This document shows positions 1 through 8,831 of a DNA stretch of 64,000 nt, piece after piece. The notes under the pieces were generated by a model that saw only the letters and a list, made by a program, of their open reading frames with translations, ran no database searches and had not been told where the DNA came from. The stretch covers positions 2,592,001-2,656,000 of the forward strand of contig CAXXLQ010000004.1 of assembly GCA_963668695.2 (NCBI GenBank), read 5' to 3'. The position numbers and the translations under genes are program-made. Source of the DNA: Vicinamibacteria bacterium (GTDB lineage: Bacteria > Acidobacteriota > Vicinamibacteria > Marinacidobacterales > Marinacidobacteraceae). The stretch's first letter is position 1. Each line of letters opens with the position of its first letter.

Positions 1-638
1 GTTCCGGGGATTGGGAACCCGCTCGTGGTCGCGCCTCCTGGTGGTGAGGAACAGACCGATGGAAATCGCAGTCATGATTCCCAGGACAATCAGCACGGGC
101 GGCGTAACAGCCAGGACGTGGCGGGGCGCCACGATCGCCACCTCGATGAGAATCCGCCCGAAGGCGACTGCAGACGCCGTGGTGATGACGAACGCCGCCA
201 GCCGGGACACCGCCGGGTCTTCCGTGGTTCGCCTTGCGTAGGTGACGGTGGTGGCGGTGCTCGAGACCAGGCCTCCGAGAATGCCGCTGAGGCCCGCCCC
301 GATCACGACCCCAATGGTCATGTCCCCGAGCATCAGGTACGCCCCGAGCGCATAGAGCAGCAAGGCGGCGACCGTGGTCGTCTGACCGACATCGGACAAG
401 TGGTCGTGCTGTTCCAGATAGTCGGCAAGGGCAAAGAGGACCGCGATGGCGATCACGCCGGCCGCGACGGGCCAGGCCGCATCGAAGTGCCTGGCAATCA
501 GCCCGGACAACGCGCCAAACAGCGCAATCAGGGAGAAGGTGCGGATCCCGGCGATCCGGGTTGGAATCGCTCTCGCTGCAGCCCCACCAGCAGGCCCAGG
601 CCGAGCGCCACTCCCAACCTCGCGATATCACCGTACAT
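1..638 (-). pseudogene. MgtC/SapB (DUF4010-type) membrane protein, frameshifted, apparently internally deleted, runs off window edge
   Basis: Manual translation: MYGDIARLGVALGLGLLVGLQRER, shift near 560, then IAGIRTFSLIALFGAL...GQTTTVAALL...LSGILGGLVSSTATTVTYARR; these are MgtC/DUF4010 motifs. Confidence 0.7.
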
Positions 639-960
639 TGCAGTATCGCTCCGGCGCTCCGGTCCAATTCGGCTCGGCGACTACCGTATCCGTGGCCCCT
701 TCGGTAGATCGCAACCCGGATACTCGCCGGCGGACGCTGACGAGCGACCGGGGATCTCAGGTGACCCCCTCCGGGTCGGAGGCCACGGAGGAGGCGCCGA
801 CCACGAGTCCTGCCGCGGGAGTGCCGTCCCCGCCGCGCTGGCCGCGCGGATGGCCCGGCTCCAGGTCGCTTTCGGGTCCGGTGGTGGGGGCCGGCGCACC
901 CTGCGACTTTCACCGCCGGGCGGCCGGAACGCTAGGCTCGCGGGTCCGGACGGACCTTCG

Positions 961-2553
961 ATGCGCGAAATTGAGGCCAAGTTCCTGGCCCCCGGGGACC
1001 TGGGCAGATTGATTCCGGTCCTCTCGGAGCTGGGGTACCGCGCCCGAGCGCTTGATCCCCAGGAAATCGTTGATCGGTACCGCGACACCGCCGACTGGGA
1101 CATTTCGCAGGCCGGCTGGGCCTACCGCCGGCGGAAAGTGAACGGCGAGCAGATCGTGGCCCTGAAGCAACTGGGTTCGGAACGCGCCGTGGTGTGGATC
1201 CGGGTGGAATTCGAGCAGCGGGTCCCCGACCGGAAAGGCGACGACCGCCTCCTGCCCGCGGGGCCGGTCACCGACCGTCTCGGTCGGGTGGTGGGGAGGA
1301 AACCGACGCGGGAATTGTTCGAGGTTCGGAACCGGCGACTCCGGTACGGACTGACCCGCTGCGATGGGAGCGCGGTCTGCATTGAACTCGCCGTGGATCA
1401 CGTGGAGATCCGGGGGCGGCGCCGAACCCGTCGGGCGCCCGGCCGGCTCCGTTTCCGGGAGATCGAGTTCGAACTCCGAGACGGGCCCGAAAGCGCGCTG
1501 ATAGCGCTGGCAGAGCGGCTACCACGGAAGATCGAGCTGCTGCCGGCTCGCTGCAGTAAGTTCGAGCGGGGTCTTCAGACGATCGGTGTCCCGGACCCGC
1601 CCGACGCTACCCATCCGGCGCCACTGGGGCCCACGGATCGATGGGTTGACCTGGCCTTTGCGCACTTCCGCCGGCAAGCACGGGTTCTGCGGCGCGAGGA
1701 GCGTCGCGCCTGGGAGGGTCTGGACCCTGAAGGAGTGCACCAGATGCGCGTCGCCATGCGGCGCATCCGGGCTGCTTTGAAGGCCTTCGAGCCAGTCCTG
1801 CCGCCGCGCCGGGTACGGGGTCTGAACACCGAACTTCGTTGGGCCGGCCGGGCGCTGGGTGCGGTCCGTGACCTCGATGTCTATCACGAAGCGCTGAACC
1901 GCCACCTCAAGACGGTCTCGGCCGGCGAGGCTCGCCGACTGGCTCCGTATCGGATCTACCTGAATACTGTGGCGCAGCGCCGCCGGCGACGCCTGATCGC
2001 CACTCTGGGCAGTCGCCGGTTCCACCGGCTGCGGGAGCGTCTGGAGCGTTTCGCGGAGCGGGGGCCGTCGCAGGCGGCCACCCGTCGCTTCCGCGGGCTC
2101 TTGATCTCCGCTGCGGCGGGCCCGGCGGTGGAACGATGGCTGAAACGAGTGCTTCGCGGGGGCCGGGCCATCGACGGGAGCGCGACGGCGGAGCAGATGC
2201 ATGCCCTCCGAATCCAGAGCAAACAGCTTCGCTATCTGCTGGAGTTCGTCAGGATGCGGGGAGCGGCGGCGGGGGATCCGGCGCGGAGGCCGATCGAGGA
2301 GATAAAGAGGCTCCTGGACCTGATGGGCATCCATCAGGATGCAGTCGTCGCGGCGCGCCTGGCCCGGGGCTTTGCCGAAACCGTCGCCGCCGGCCCTGCG
2401 ACGCGGCCGCTGCTTGCGGCCCTCGAACGCCTGGCGCAGGTTCACGAGCAGCAACGGAGGAAACAGGAGGAACTCTTTTCGGAGGTTTGGAACCAGTTTG
2501 ACGAGGCGGTCTCGTCCGCCCGGCTGCCGGAGAGATTGCGCGCGGCGGGGTGA
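961..2553 (+). CDS. CYTH + CHAD domain protein (polyphosphate-related)
   Basis: N-terminal EIEAKF (ExExK) CYTH motif, EIEFEL, SKFERG; CHAD motifs EGVHQMRVAMRR, RDLDV, HALRIQSKQLRY, LMGIHQD; start taken at ATG 961. Confidence 0.9.
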   Translation: MREIEAKFLAPGDLGRLIPVLSELGYRARALDPQEIVDRYRDTADWDISQAGWAYRRRKVNGEQIVALKQLGSERAVVWIRVEFEQRVPDRKGDDRLLPAGPVTDRLGRVVGRKPTRELFEVRNRRLRYGLTRCDGSAVCIELAVDHVEIRGRRRTRRAPGRLRFREIEFELRDGPESALIALAERLPRKIELLPARCSKFERGLQTIGVPDPPDATHPAPLGPTDRWVDLAFAHFRRQARVLRREERRAWEGLDPEGVHQMRVAMRRIRAALKAFEPVLPPRRVRGLNTELRWAGRALGAVRDLDVYHEALNRHLKTVSAGEARRLAPYRIYLNTVAQRRRRRLIATLGSRRFHRLRERLERFAERGPSQAATRRFRGLLISAAAGPAVERWLKRVLRGGRAIDGSATAEQMHALRIQSKQLRYLLEFVRMRGAAAGDPARRPIEEIKRLLDLMGIHQDAVVAARLARGFAETVAAGPATRPLLAALERLAQVHEQQRRKQEELFSEVWNQFDEAVSSARLPERLRAAG

Positions 2554-2782
2554 GCTGCTGGTCGGGCGCCCGTACCCGCGCTGCCCGCTCACGGACGTCC
2601 CCGCTTCCGAGGCCCGGACGGCGGGATTCGCGCCCGCCGGGATCTCGCGTCACGGCCGCAGCGGGTACCTGCGGGTACATCGCCCGGACGCTGCGGTGCG
2701 GACCCACCACGAAGGCCGGAGGTCCCTCAAGTCCGGTCGTTCTCCTCGGTCCGTGCAGATCGAGTTACGGTAGTATGGTGTT

Positions 2783-3102
2783 ATGGCAATACAGAAGATG
2801 ACCTTCAGTCTCGACACCCTGACTGCGGCCCGCATCGGGGCGCTGTCCGAACAGCTTGGCAAGGCCAAGAGCGCGGTGGTTCGGGAGGCGGTGGCCCTCT
2901 ACAAGGAGCATTCCGACCGCGTCAGCGAGACGGAACGGGCGGAACGGGTCCGGGTATTTCGCGAGTTCCTTCAGCAGGTCCCCCGGCACCGTCGCACGAG
3001 GCCGCCAGGGCGGAACTTCGGGAAATCCAGCTTGCCCGCCGTAGCGGCGGACGGCGCACTTCGCCCGGTCATGATCGTCCTCGACACCTCCATCCTCATT
3101 GA
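2783..3102 (+). CDS. Ribbon-helix-helix (CopG-like) antitoxin, probable frameshift near 2980
   Basis: KMTFSLD...KSAVVREAV RHH pattern directly upstream of a PIN gene; an alternative frame after the C run gives HEAARAELREIQLARRSGGRR. Confidence 0.65.
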
Positions 3103-3457
3103 CGCCCTCACCGAGGCGCGTCCGCTGGCGGGCGCTCTGGAGAGGCTTCTCGACTCGGGCGAGCCGGGTCTCGGTGCCGACTCCCGTGCTCTACGAATGG
3201 CTGCGGGGCCCCAGGAAGCCGAGGGACTCGAGGTGCAGCGGTTTCTGTTCCCCGACGAACGGGCGATCGTCTTCGGCCCCGCCGAAGCCCGGGTCGCTGC
3301 CGACCTGTATCGGATCCTTCCCCGCGCGCGGGGCAGAGAAACGGAGTTCGCCATCGCCGCCTGTGCGCTGACCCAGGAAGGCCGTCTGTGGACTACCAAC
3401 GAGCAGGACTTCCGGGATATCCCCGGCCTATCGCTCTTCGACGGGACCGACCCGTAG
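3071..3457 (+). CDS. vapC: VapC/PIN-domain toxin with two compensating frameshifts
   Basis: MIVLDTSILID start, FAIAACAL, LWTTNEQDFRDIPGL; the conserved PTPVLYEWLRGP segment (3165-3220) lies in another frame. Confidence 0.75.
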   Translation: MIVLDTSILIDALTEARPLAGALERLLDSGEPGLGADSRALRMAAGPQEAEGLEVQRFLFPDERAIVFGPAEARVAADLYRILPRARGRETEFAIAACALTQEGRLWTTNEQDFRDIPGLSLFDGTDP

Positions 3458-3493
3458 CGGCGGCGGCCGGCCGACGTTACCCGTCGCCCTGCG

Positions 3494-4491
3494 TCAGGGC
3501 CTCGGCAAGTGCTTCTTCGGGAACATGGCGACCACGGTGTAGTTCGGATCCACCACGTTCCCGATGCGCGCCTTGCCGAGCTGCGACAGGAGTTGCAGCG
3601 CCTCCCAGCGGTCGAGCCCGTATTCCCCCTCGAGCCAGAGGATCATCTCCGTGTGGGCGATGCGGAAAGCGTCCATGAGCGGGCGCACGGAGCCCGCGAC
3701 CATGATGTATTCGTCGTTCTCGATCCGGGGCCAGGCGATGGACTTCCCCTTGATCACGTTGAACTCGAAAGTCACCTCGGCGGTGGTTTCGAGCCCGGTG
3801 CCGGTGATCTCCCCCTCGCCCTGCAGGGCGTGGACGTCGCCGAAATAGAAGTAGGCGCCCGGCTCGAACACCGGGAGGTACACGGTCACCCCCTCGCGAA
3901 TCTCCGGGGTGTCCATGTTGCCCCCGAAGTTGCCGGGAGCGGCGTTCCAGATCACTTCGCCCCGGTCCGGGGCCACGGCCATTCGCCCGAGCATGGGCGA
4001 AAGCTCCACGGTGACGGGATCCTTGCCGCTCGCCGGGAGCGCGAGGGTCCCGGTGTTCGCCTCGAGGTCCAGCTCCCATTCGAAGCGGCGCTGGGGTACC
4101 GGCTCGTGGAGCATCGCCGTCTGGGGTGTCATGGTGAGCGCTGCGAATCCGGGGAGGTCCCCGAATACGCCCGGTCGCGGTTGAGTTCGAGCCGGATGAC
4201 CCGGATGATCAGGGTGTCGCCGCGCTCCGAACCCTCGATGTAGATCGGCCCGACTTCCCCGGCCCGGTCCCGCTCCCCCTCGGGCAGGAACGCGCCGTTC
4301 ATGGTCTCGCTGATCAGCGTGTCCCCGGGAGCCAGCCGGACGACCGGCTCCCGGACCGCGAAGCTCTGGACGCCGCGCTCCGGGATATAGGTGTGGGTCT
4401 GTCCCTGCGCGGCCGCCGAGAACGGCGCCAGTAGCAGAACCGGTAGGACCGCTGCGAAACGGTGGGTCGGGGTCGGGGAAGCGGTACGCAT
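3494..4491 (-). CDS. Acetamidase/formamidase family protein, split by a 1-bp frameshift near 4150
   Basis: ORFs 4129..4491 (signal peptide, GPIYIEG) and 3494..4132 (GGNMD, GDVHALQGEGEITGTGLE) join if one C is added to the CCCC run. Confidence 0.85.
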
Positions 4492-4530
4492 GGCCCCGAT
4501 TCTACGGAGGAAGCCCGCTGGCCAGTCCCG

Positions 4531-4673
4531 TCAGCGCGCGAGCGAGAACGGGTGGATCCGCCAGAAGTGAGCCCGGTAGCTAAGGACGGTGAACTCGATC
4601 CGCTCCCCTGGGGGAGACCAGGCGGGCTGGGTCTTGCCGGTGGGGTCCGAAGTGATTTGTTCCGGATCTCCAC
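4531..4673 (-). repeat. Divergent duplicate of the last 143 bp of the TolB-like gene (6353..6495)
   Basis: Colinear, about 87% identical by manual alignment; encodes DPEQITSDPTGKTQPAWSP...YRAHFWRIHPFSLAR*. Confidence 0.9.
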
Positions 4674-5034
4674 AAGTAGACCCCCTTGGTAAGTCGGGAG
4701 AGCGTCCCGCTGGCATCTTTGAATCGGCCTTCTGCTCGTTGGCTGCGGGGGAGGCGTGGACGGCAAACCCATCCCACCCGCAGCCTCACCGGAACCGCCC
4801 GCCGTTCGGCAGCCGGAAGCGAAACGGTGCAGGTGCGAGGGGTCGAGGTTGTGGAGGTCGGCCCAGACTTCATTCGGTGGAGGTGGCTTCCCGTGGAGGG
4901 CGCGAGGGGCTATTAGGCCCGGACGGTGTATTCGAATACCACCCAGAGGTAGCGCCGCCGATGCCGGCGCTTGATTCCGCGCGAGGCATGGATTATCTTA
5001 CTTTCGTCTTACTCCACATCGCCGGAGGTTCACG

Positions 5035-5310
5035 ATGTCCGGGTTCCACCCTCCTACTACCACCCTTTCGACCAAGGGGCAGGTCATCCTGCCAAAACCA
5101 ATTCGCGAAGCGCTCGGTTGGGATGCGGGGGCGCGGCTGATCGTCGAGCGCACTCCCGAGGGCGTGTTGCTGAAACCCGTGTCGGGCTTCCCGGGGACCC
5201 ACCCCGACGACGTTTTTGGATGCCTCGACTTCGACGGCGCGCCGAAGTCGCTGGCGGAGATGGAAGCGGGGATTGTGGCGGAAGCCAGGCGGCGCCATGC
5301 GGACGGTTGA
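5035..5310 (+). CDS. AbrB/MazE/SpoVT-family antitoxin
   Basis: TTLSTKGQVILPKPIREALGWDAG motif; overlaps the downstream PIN gene. Confidence 0.9.
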   Translation: MSGFHPPTTTLSTKGQVILPKPIREALGWDAGARLIVERTPEGVLLKPVSGFPGTHPDDVFGCLDFDGAPKSLAEMEAGIVAEARRRHADG

Positions 5311-5683
5311 TACCAACGTTGTCGTCCGCTTTCTGACCGGCGATGACCCGGAGCAGGCGGCCCGCGCGAGGGATGTGTTCACCGCGGGGCCGGTCTTTGT
5401 GAGCACAACCGTCCTCCTCGAAAGCGACTGGGTGCTGCGCAGTGCCTACGGTTTCCCCCGAACCGAGGTTGCGGCGGCGCTGCGAGCCTTGGCGGGCCTC
5501 GCGGACGTAACGGTAGAGAATCCTGTCCTGCTTGCCGAAGCCCTGGACCGCACGGAGCGGGGGATGGATTTCGCCGACGCGCTTCACCTCGGCGCCGCGG
5601 TGCGGTGCGAATCAATGCTGACCTTCGACCAACGGTTCATCCAGGCTGCTGAAGGCGCCCCCGTCAGAGTCCGCGAGCCCTGA
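5297..5683 (+). CDS. vapC: VapC/PIN-domain toxin
   Basis: VDTNVVVRFL, VLLESDWVL, MDFADALHL, LTFD motifs. Confidence 0.9.
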   Translation: MRTVDTNVVVRFLTGDDPEQAARARDVFTAGPVFVSTTVLLESDWVLRSAYGFPRTEVAAALRALAGLADVTVENPVLLAEALDRTERGMDFADALHLGAAVRCESMLTFDQRFIQAAEGAPVRVREP

Positions 5684-5724
5684 ATCCGGGGGCGAGACCA
5701 GGTTCGCAACCGCGGGCACGGAGC

Positions 5725-5742
5725 CCCCACCGGGAGATCTGG
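5725..5742 (+). repeat. 18-bp dispersed repeat copy (1 mismatch)
   Basis: CCCCACCGGGAGATCTGG. Confidence 0.8.
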
Positions 5743-6246
5743 CGCCAATCCCCGGGGCAGCCCTCTCGGTGGCGCGCGGCACGCGGGAGCGCGAAAGTAG
5801 CGCCGATGACGTTGCGCCCCGTCAACGCGAATACCGCGCGCGCTCCTCAGCCGTGGGTGCGGGGTCTACCGTGGAGCGAGCGCGTCAACCTGAGCCGCCA
5901 AACGGCTCGTCCGGGACACAAATCCGAGTGATCCGGATCACCGTGAACCGTCTTGACCCGGAAAGGCTATTGGCCAACGCGAGCCGCTCCACGGCGCTCG
6001 AGGTGTACCTGAACGAGTCTGACCCGGGTCCCACGTGCCGGAACCGGCTCGTCGAGGTCTTGCGGTTCCGGATTCCCGTCCCGGAACCCTCCGGGTTCAC
6101 GACGTCCGCGCGCTGAACCGTTCAGAGGCGGGGGCGGCGCGGACCGCCGGAAATCCGATCCGCTCATCGGGGGCACGACGCTCGACCCCGGGAAAGGGGT
6201 CGTGAAGATCGTGTCGTCCCGCAGCGACGCTGCGCCTCCGCAGCCC

Positions 6247-6304
6247 TCAGCGCGCGAGTGAGAACGGGTGGATCCGCCAGAAGTGGGCCCGGTAGCTGAA
6301 CACG
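6247..6304 (-). repeat. Second, shorter duplicate of the TolB-like gene 3' end
   Basis: Encodes VFSYRAHFWRIHPFSLAR*; near-identical to 4531..4588. Confidence 0.85.
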
Positions 6305-6352
6305 GGGTTCTTCCGATCTTCTGCAATCGGTTCGTTGTCCGGGTAGGGAGGA

Positions 6353-8137
6353 TCAGCGCCGGAGCGAGAACGGGCGGATACGCCAGAAGTGGGCCCGGTA
6401 GCTGAAGACGGTGAACGCGATCCGGTCGCCGAGCGGTGACCACGCGGGCTGGGTCTTGTGGGTGGGGTCCGAAGTGATCTGTTCCGGATCTCCACCGCCG
6501 AGCGGCACCCGGAAGACCTGAAAGAAGCCGTCGCCGGCGCGGTCGATGTAGGCCGCCCACCGGCCGTCCGGCGAGACCCCGATCCCGGAATGGATCTGGT
6601 CCGACCCGAACTCGTGGAAGCGGGCCGGCTCGCCGCCGGCGCGCGGGACCGTCCAGAGGCTCTTCCTGCCCACTGCCTCGGCGGCTTCGAAGAGGAGGGT
6701 CTCGCCTGAATCCGCCCACTCGGCCTGGATTACGTCCTGGTCGAAACCCCCGAGAGGCACCTGTTGCTGGCGTGCGGTCACTTCGCCCGTCTCCTGGTCC
6801 ACGCCGATGACGTAGAGGCCGCCGTGCCGGGCGCCGGATTCGTCCCGCCGGTAGCTCGTGAAGACCACGAAACGGCCGTCGGGGGACCAGCGCGCCCACC
6901 CGGTTTCGTGACCGTCCAGGCTGATCTGCCGGGCTCCGCTCCCGTCCGCCGCCATGAGCCAGATGTCGTCCGATTCCTCGTGGGTGTGGAAGACGATCCA
7001 GCGCCCGTTCGGCGACCACTGCATGCCCTGATCTTCGGAGTACGACTGCCGCACGATGCGCTGCGGTTCCCGGTGCGGCGTCTCGACGCTCACCGGAACC
7101 GTGCCGAGGTGCTGGGCGATGTCCGGATAGTGGATGTCGTCCGTTACGTGCCGCCAGCTTCCGTAGGTGAAGGCGATCTCGCTGCCGTCCGGACTCCACG
7201 TGGGAGTCTCCGACTGGAACGCGGTCAGCGGTTCGGAGGGTCCGCCGTCCGCCGGGGCGGTCGCCAGGAAGACCCGGTAGTCCTGGCTCTTGAACACGAC
7301 CTCGCCGCCCGCGCCCGCCGAAGGGGAATAGGCGTCGCGCGCGAATCTGGTGAGCCGGGTGCGCCGGCCACCGCTGACGCGGCGCATCCAGAGGTCGAGG
7401 AAGCCGCCCTCGCCCGGAACCCCGTAGATCACCCACTCCCCGTCCGGCGAGAAGGCGATGCGTCCGAAGGCTTCCTGATCGTCGAAGAGCGGTTCGGGCG
7501 CGGAACAGGGCAGATGCAGGTGCTGGCGCTGTCCGGTGCGGACGAGGCACGCGATCTGTCCATCGGGCGACCAGGCCGGGAAGGACAGCTGGTCTCCGCG
7601 GGCTTGCGGCGCCGCGTTCCCGCCGGCGGCGTCGAGGACCCAGAGTTGCGAAACGCCGTCGGCCCGGGTCACCCCGGCGACTGCGGAGCCGTCCACGGAC
7701 CAGCTCAATTGGCCCAGCGCCCCGGTTGCCGGCGCGGCGTCCGCCGGGCGATCGGGCCACAGCGGACTCCGGCTGCCGTCGGCCCGGTCGTAGATCCACC
7801 ACTCCTGGCGGCTGTGGTCGAAGACGTTCTCGTGAACCAGCACCCGGCGGCTGTCCGGGAACCAGGTCAGGTAGCGGATGGACGCCGTGCCCGGGCCGAG
7901 ACGCTGCGCCGCCCCTCCCGCAGCCGGGGCGAAGCGGATCTGACCCCGCTCCAGCGATGCCAGCCAGTTCCCGTCCGGTGAAATGGCCCCGACCGGGTCG
8001 CGGTAGGCGACCGGACCGGCCTGATCCGCGGTGGCGAGATAGTGAAGCGGTGGGAGCGTTCCCCGCTCGGGACGGTCTCCGCCGCACGCGGCGATCAGGA
8101 GAAGGGTTGCGCAGCCGAGGTGAGGGATTCCAGGCAT
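6353..8137 (-). CDS. TolB-like / PD40 beta-propeller lipoprotein
   Basis: Lipobox LIAAC; many WSPDG/SPDG repeats. Confidence 0.85.
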   Translation of the reverse strand: MPGIPHLGCATLLLIAACGGDRPERGTLPPLHYLATADQAGPVAYRDPVGAISPDGNWLASLERGQIRFAPAAGGAAQRLGPGTASIRYLTWFPDSRRVLVHENVFDHSRQEWWIYDRADGSRSPLWPDRPADAAPATGALGQLSWSVDGSAVAGVTRADGVSQLWVLDAAGGNAAPQARGDQLSFPAWSPDGQIACLVRTGQRQHLHLPCSAPEPLFDDQEAFGRIAFSPDGEWVIYGVPGEGGFLDLWMRRVSGGRRTRLTRFARDAYSPSAGAGGEVVFKSQDYRVFLATAPADGGPSEPLTAFQSETPTWSPDGSEIAFTYGSWRHVTDDIHYPDIAQHLGTVPVSVETPHREPQRIVRQSYSEDQGMQWSPNGRWIVFHTHEESDDIWLMAADGSGARQISLDGHETGWARWSPDGRFVVFTSYRRDESGARHGGLYVIGVDQETGEVTARQQQVPLGGFDQDVIQAEWADSGETLLFEAAEAVGRKSLWTVPRAGGEPARFHEFGSDQIHSGIGVSPDGRWAAYIDRAGDGFFQVFRVPLGGGDPEQITSDPTHKTQPAWSPLGDRIAFTVFSYRAHFWRIRPFSLRR

Positions 8138-8174
8138 GCGGGGAATCCTATGGGGGGAGGGGGAAGAACTCTGC

Positions 8175-8410
8175 GCGCGCTTCTTCTCAAGGGGCGATGG
8201 GAGTTTCGCCCGCTACGCGGGCGATGCCGGTGTGAACACCGGCGCTCCCAGCCGCCGCGCGCTTCTTCTCGGGGGGCGATGGGAGTTTCGCGGCCTTTGG
8301 CCGCGATGCCGGTCTGAAGTCCGGCGCTCCTACCCCGCGCTTCTTCTCGGGGGGCGATGGGAGTTTCGCCCGCTACGTGGACGATGCCGGTGTGAACACC
8401 GGCGCTCCTA
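8175..8410. repeat. Three tandem ~80-bp units, each with a REP-like hairpin (GATGCCGGTGTGAACACCGGCGCTCC)
   Basis: Units start near 8175, 8257 and 8337 and share GCTTCTTCTC..GGGGCGATGGGAGTTTCGC; the last abuts the rpsT stop. Confidence 0.9.
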
Positions 8411-8668
8411 GCCCTTGGCTACCAGGCGGGAGAGGCGGGACTTGGTGCGGGCCGCGGCGTTTCTGTGAAGGACCCGGCGGCTCGCCATCCGATCCAACAG
8501 GGCGATGGTCTCCGGCAGCTTCTGCTGACTGGTTTCCTGATCGCCGGCGGCGACGGCGGCGCGGAGGCTCTTGATCGCGGTTCGCAGGCGGCTCCGATGG
8601 TGCCGAGTGCGGAGGCGCTGCTCCTCACTCTGGCGAACGCGTTTCTTCGCGGATTTGCTGTGGGCCAT
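8408..8668 (-). CDS. rpsT: 30S ribosomal protein S20
   Basis: MAHSKSAKKRVRQ...HRNAAARTKSRL. Confidence 0.97.
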   Translation of the reverse strand: MAHSKSAKKRVRQSEEQRLRTRHHRSRLRTAIKSLRAAVAAGDQETSQQKLPETIALLDRMASRRVLHRNAAARTKSRLSRLVAKG

Positions 8669-8831
8669 ACGTCTCCGAACCCTATGTTCTCGAAGTGAAG
8701 TGGTCGGGTTCCGGAGAACCCACCATCAGGGAACTCGCGTCAAATCGCAGTTCGACCGGGCATTGTACCATCGCGCGCCCGGCGAGCGCCCATCACTGGA
8801 GGTGAGGGATGCGCCCCCCGGAAAAGGGGTG

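Noticed and set aside
25-960. N-terminal extension of the 842-aa ORF
   Set aside because: Antisense shadow of the MgtC-like gene; CYTH homology starts at ATG 961
4531-6495. Diversity-generating retroelement TR/VR pair
   Set aside because: Mismatches are not adenine-specific and are largely at third codon positions; no reverse transcriptase nearby
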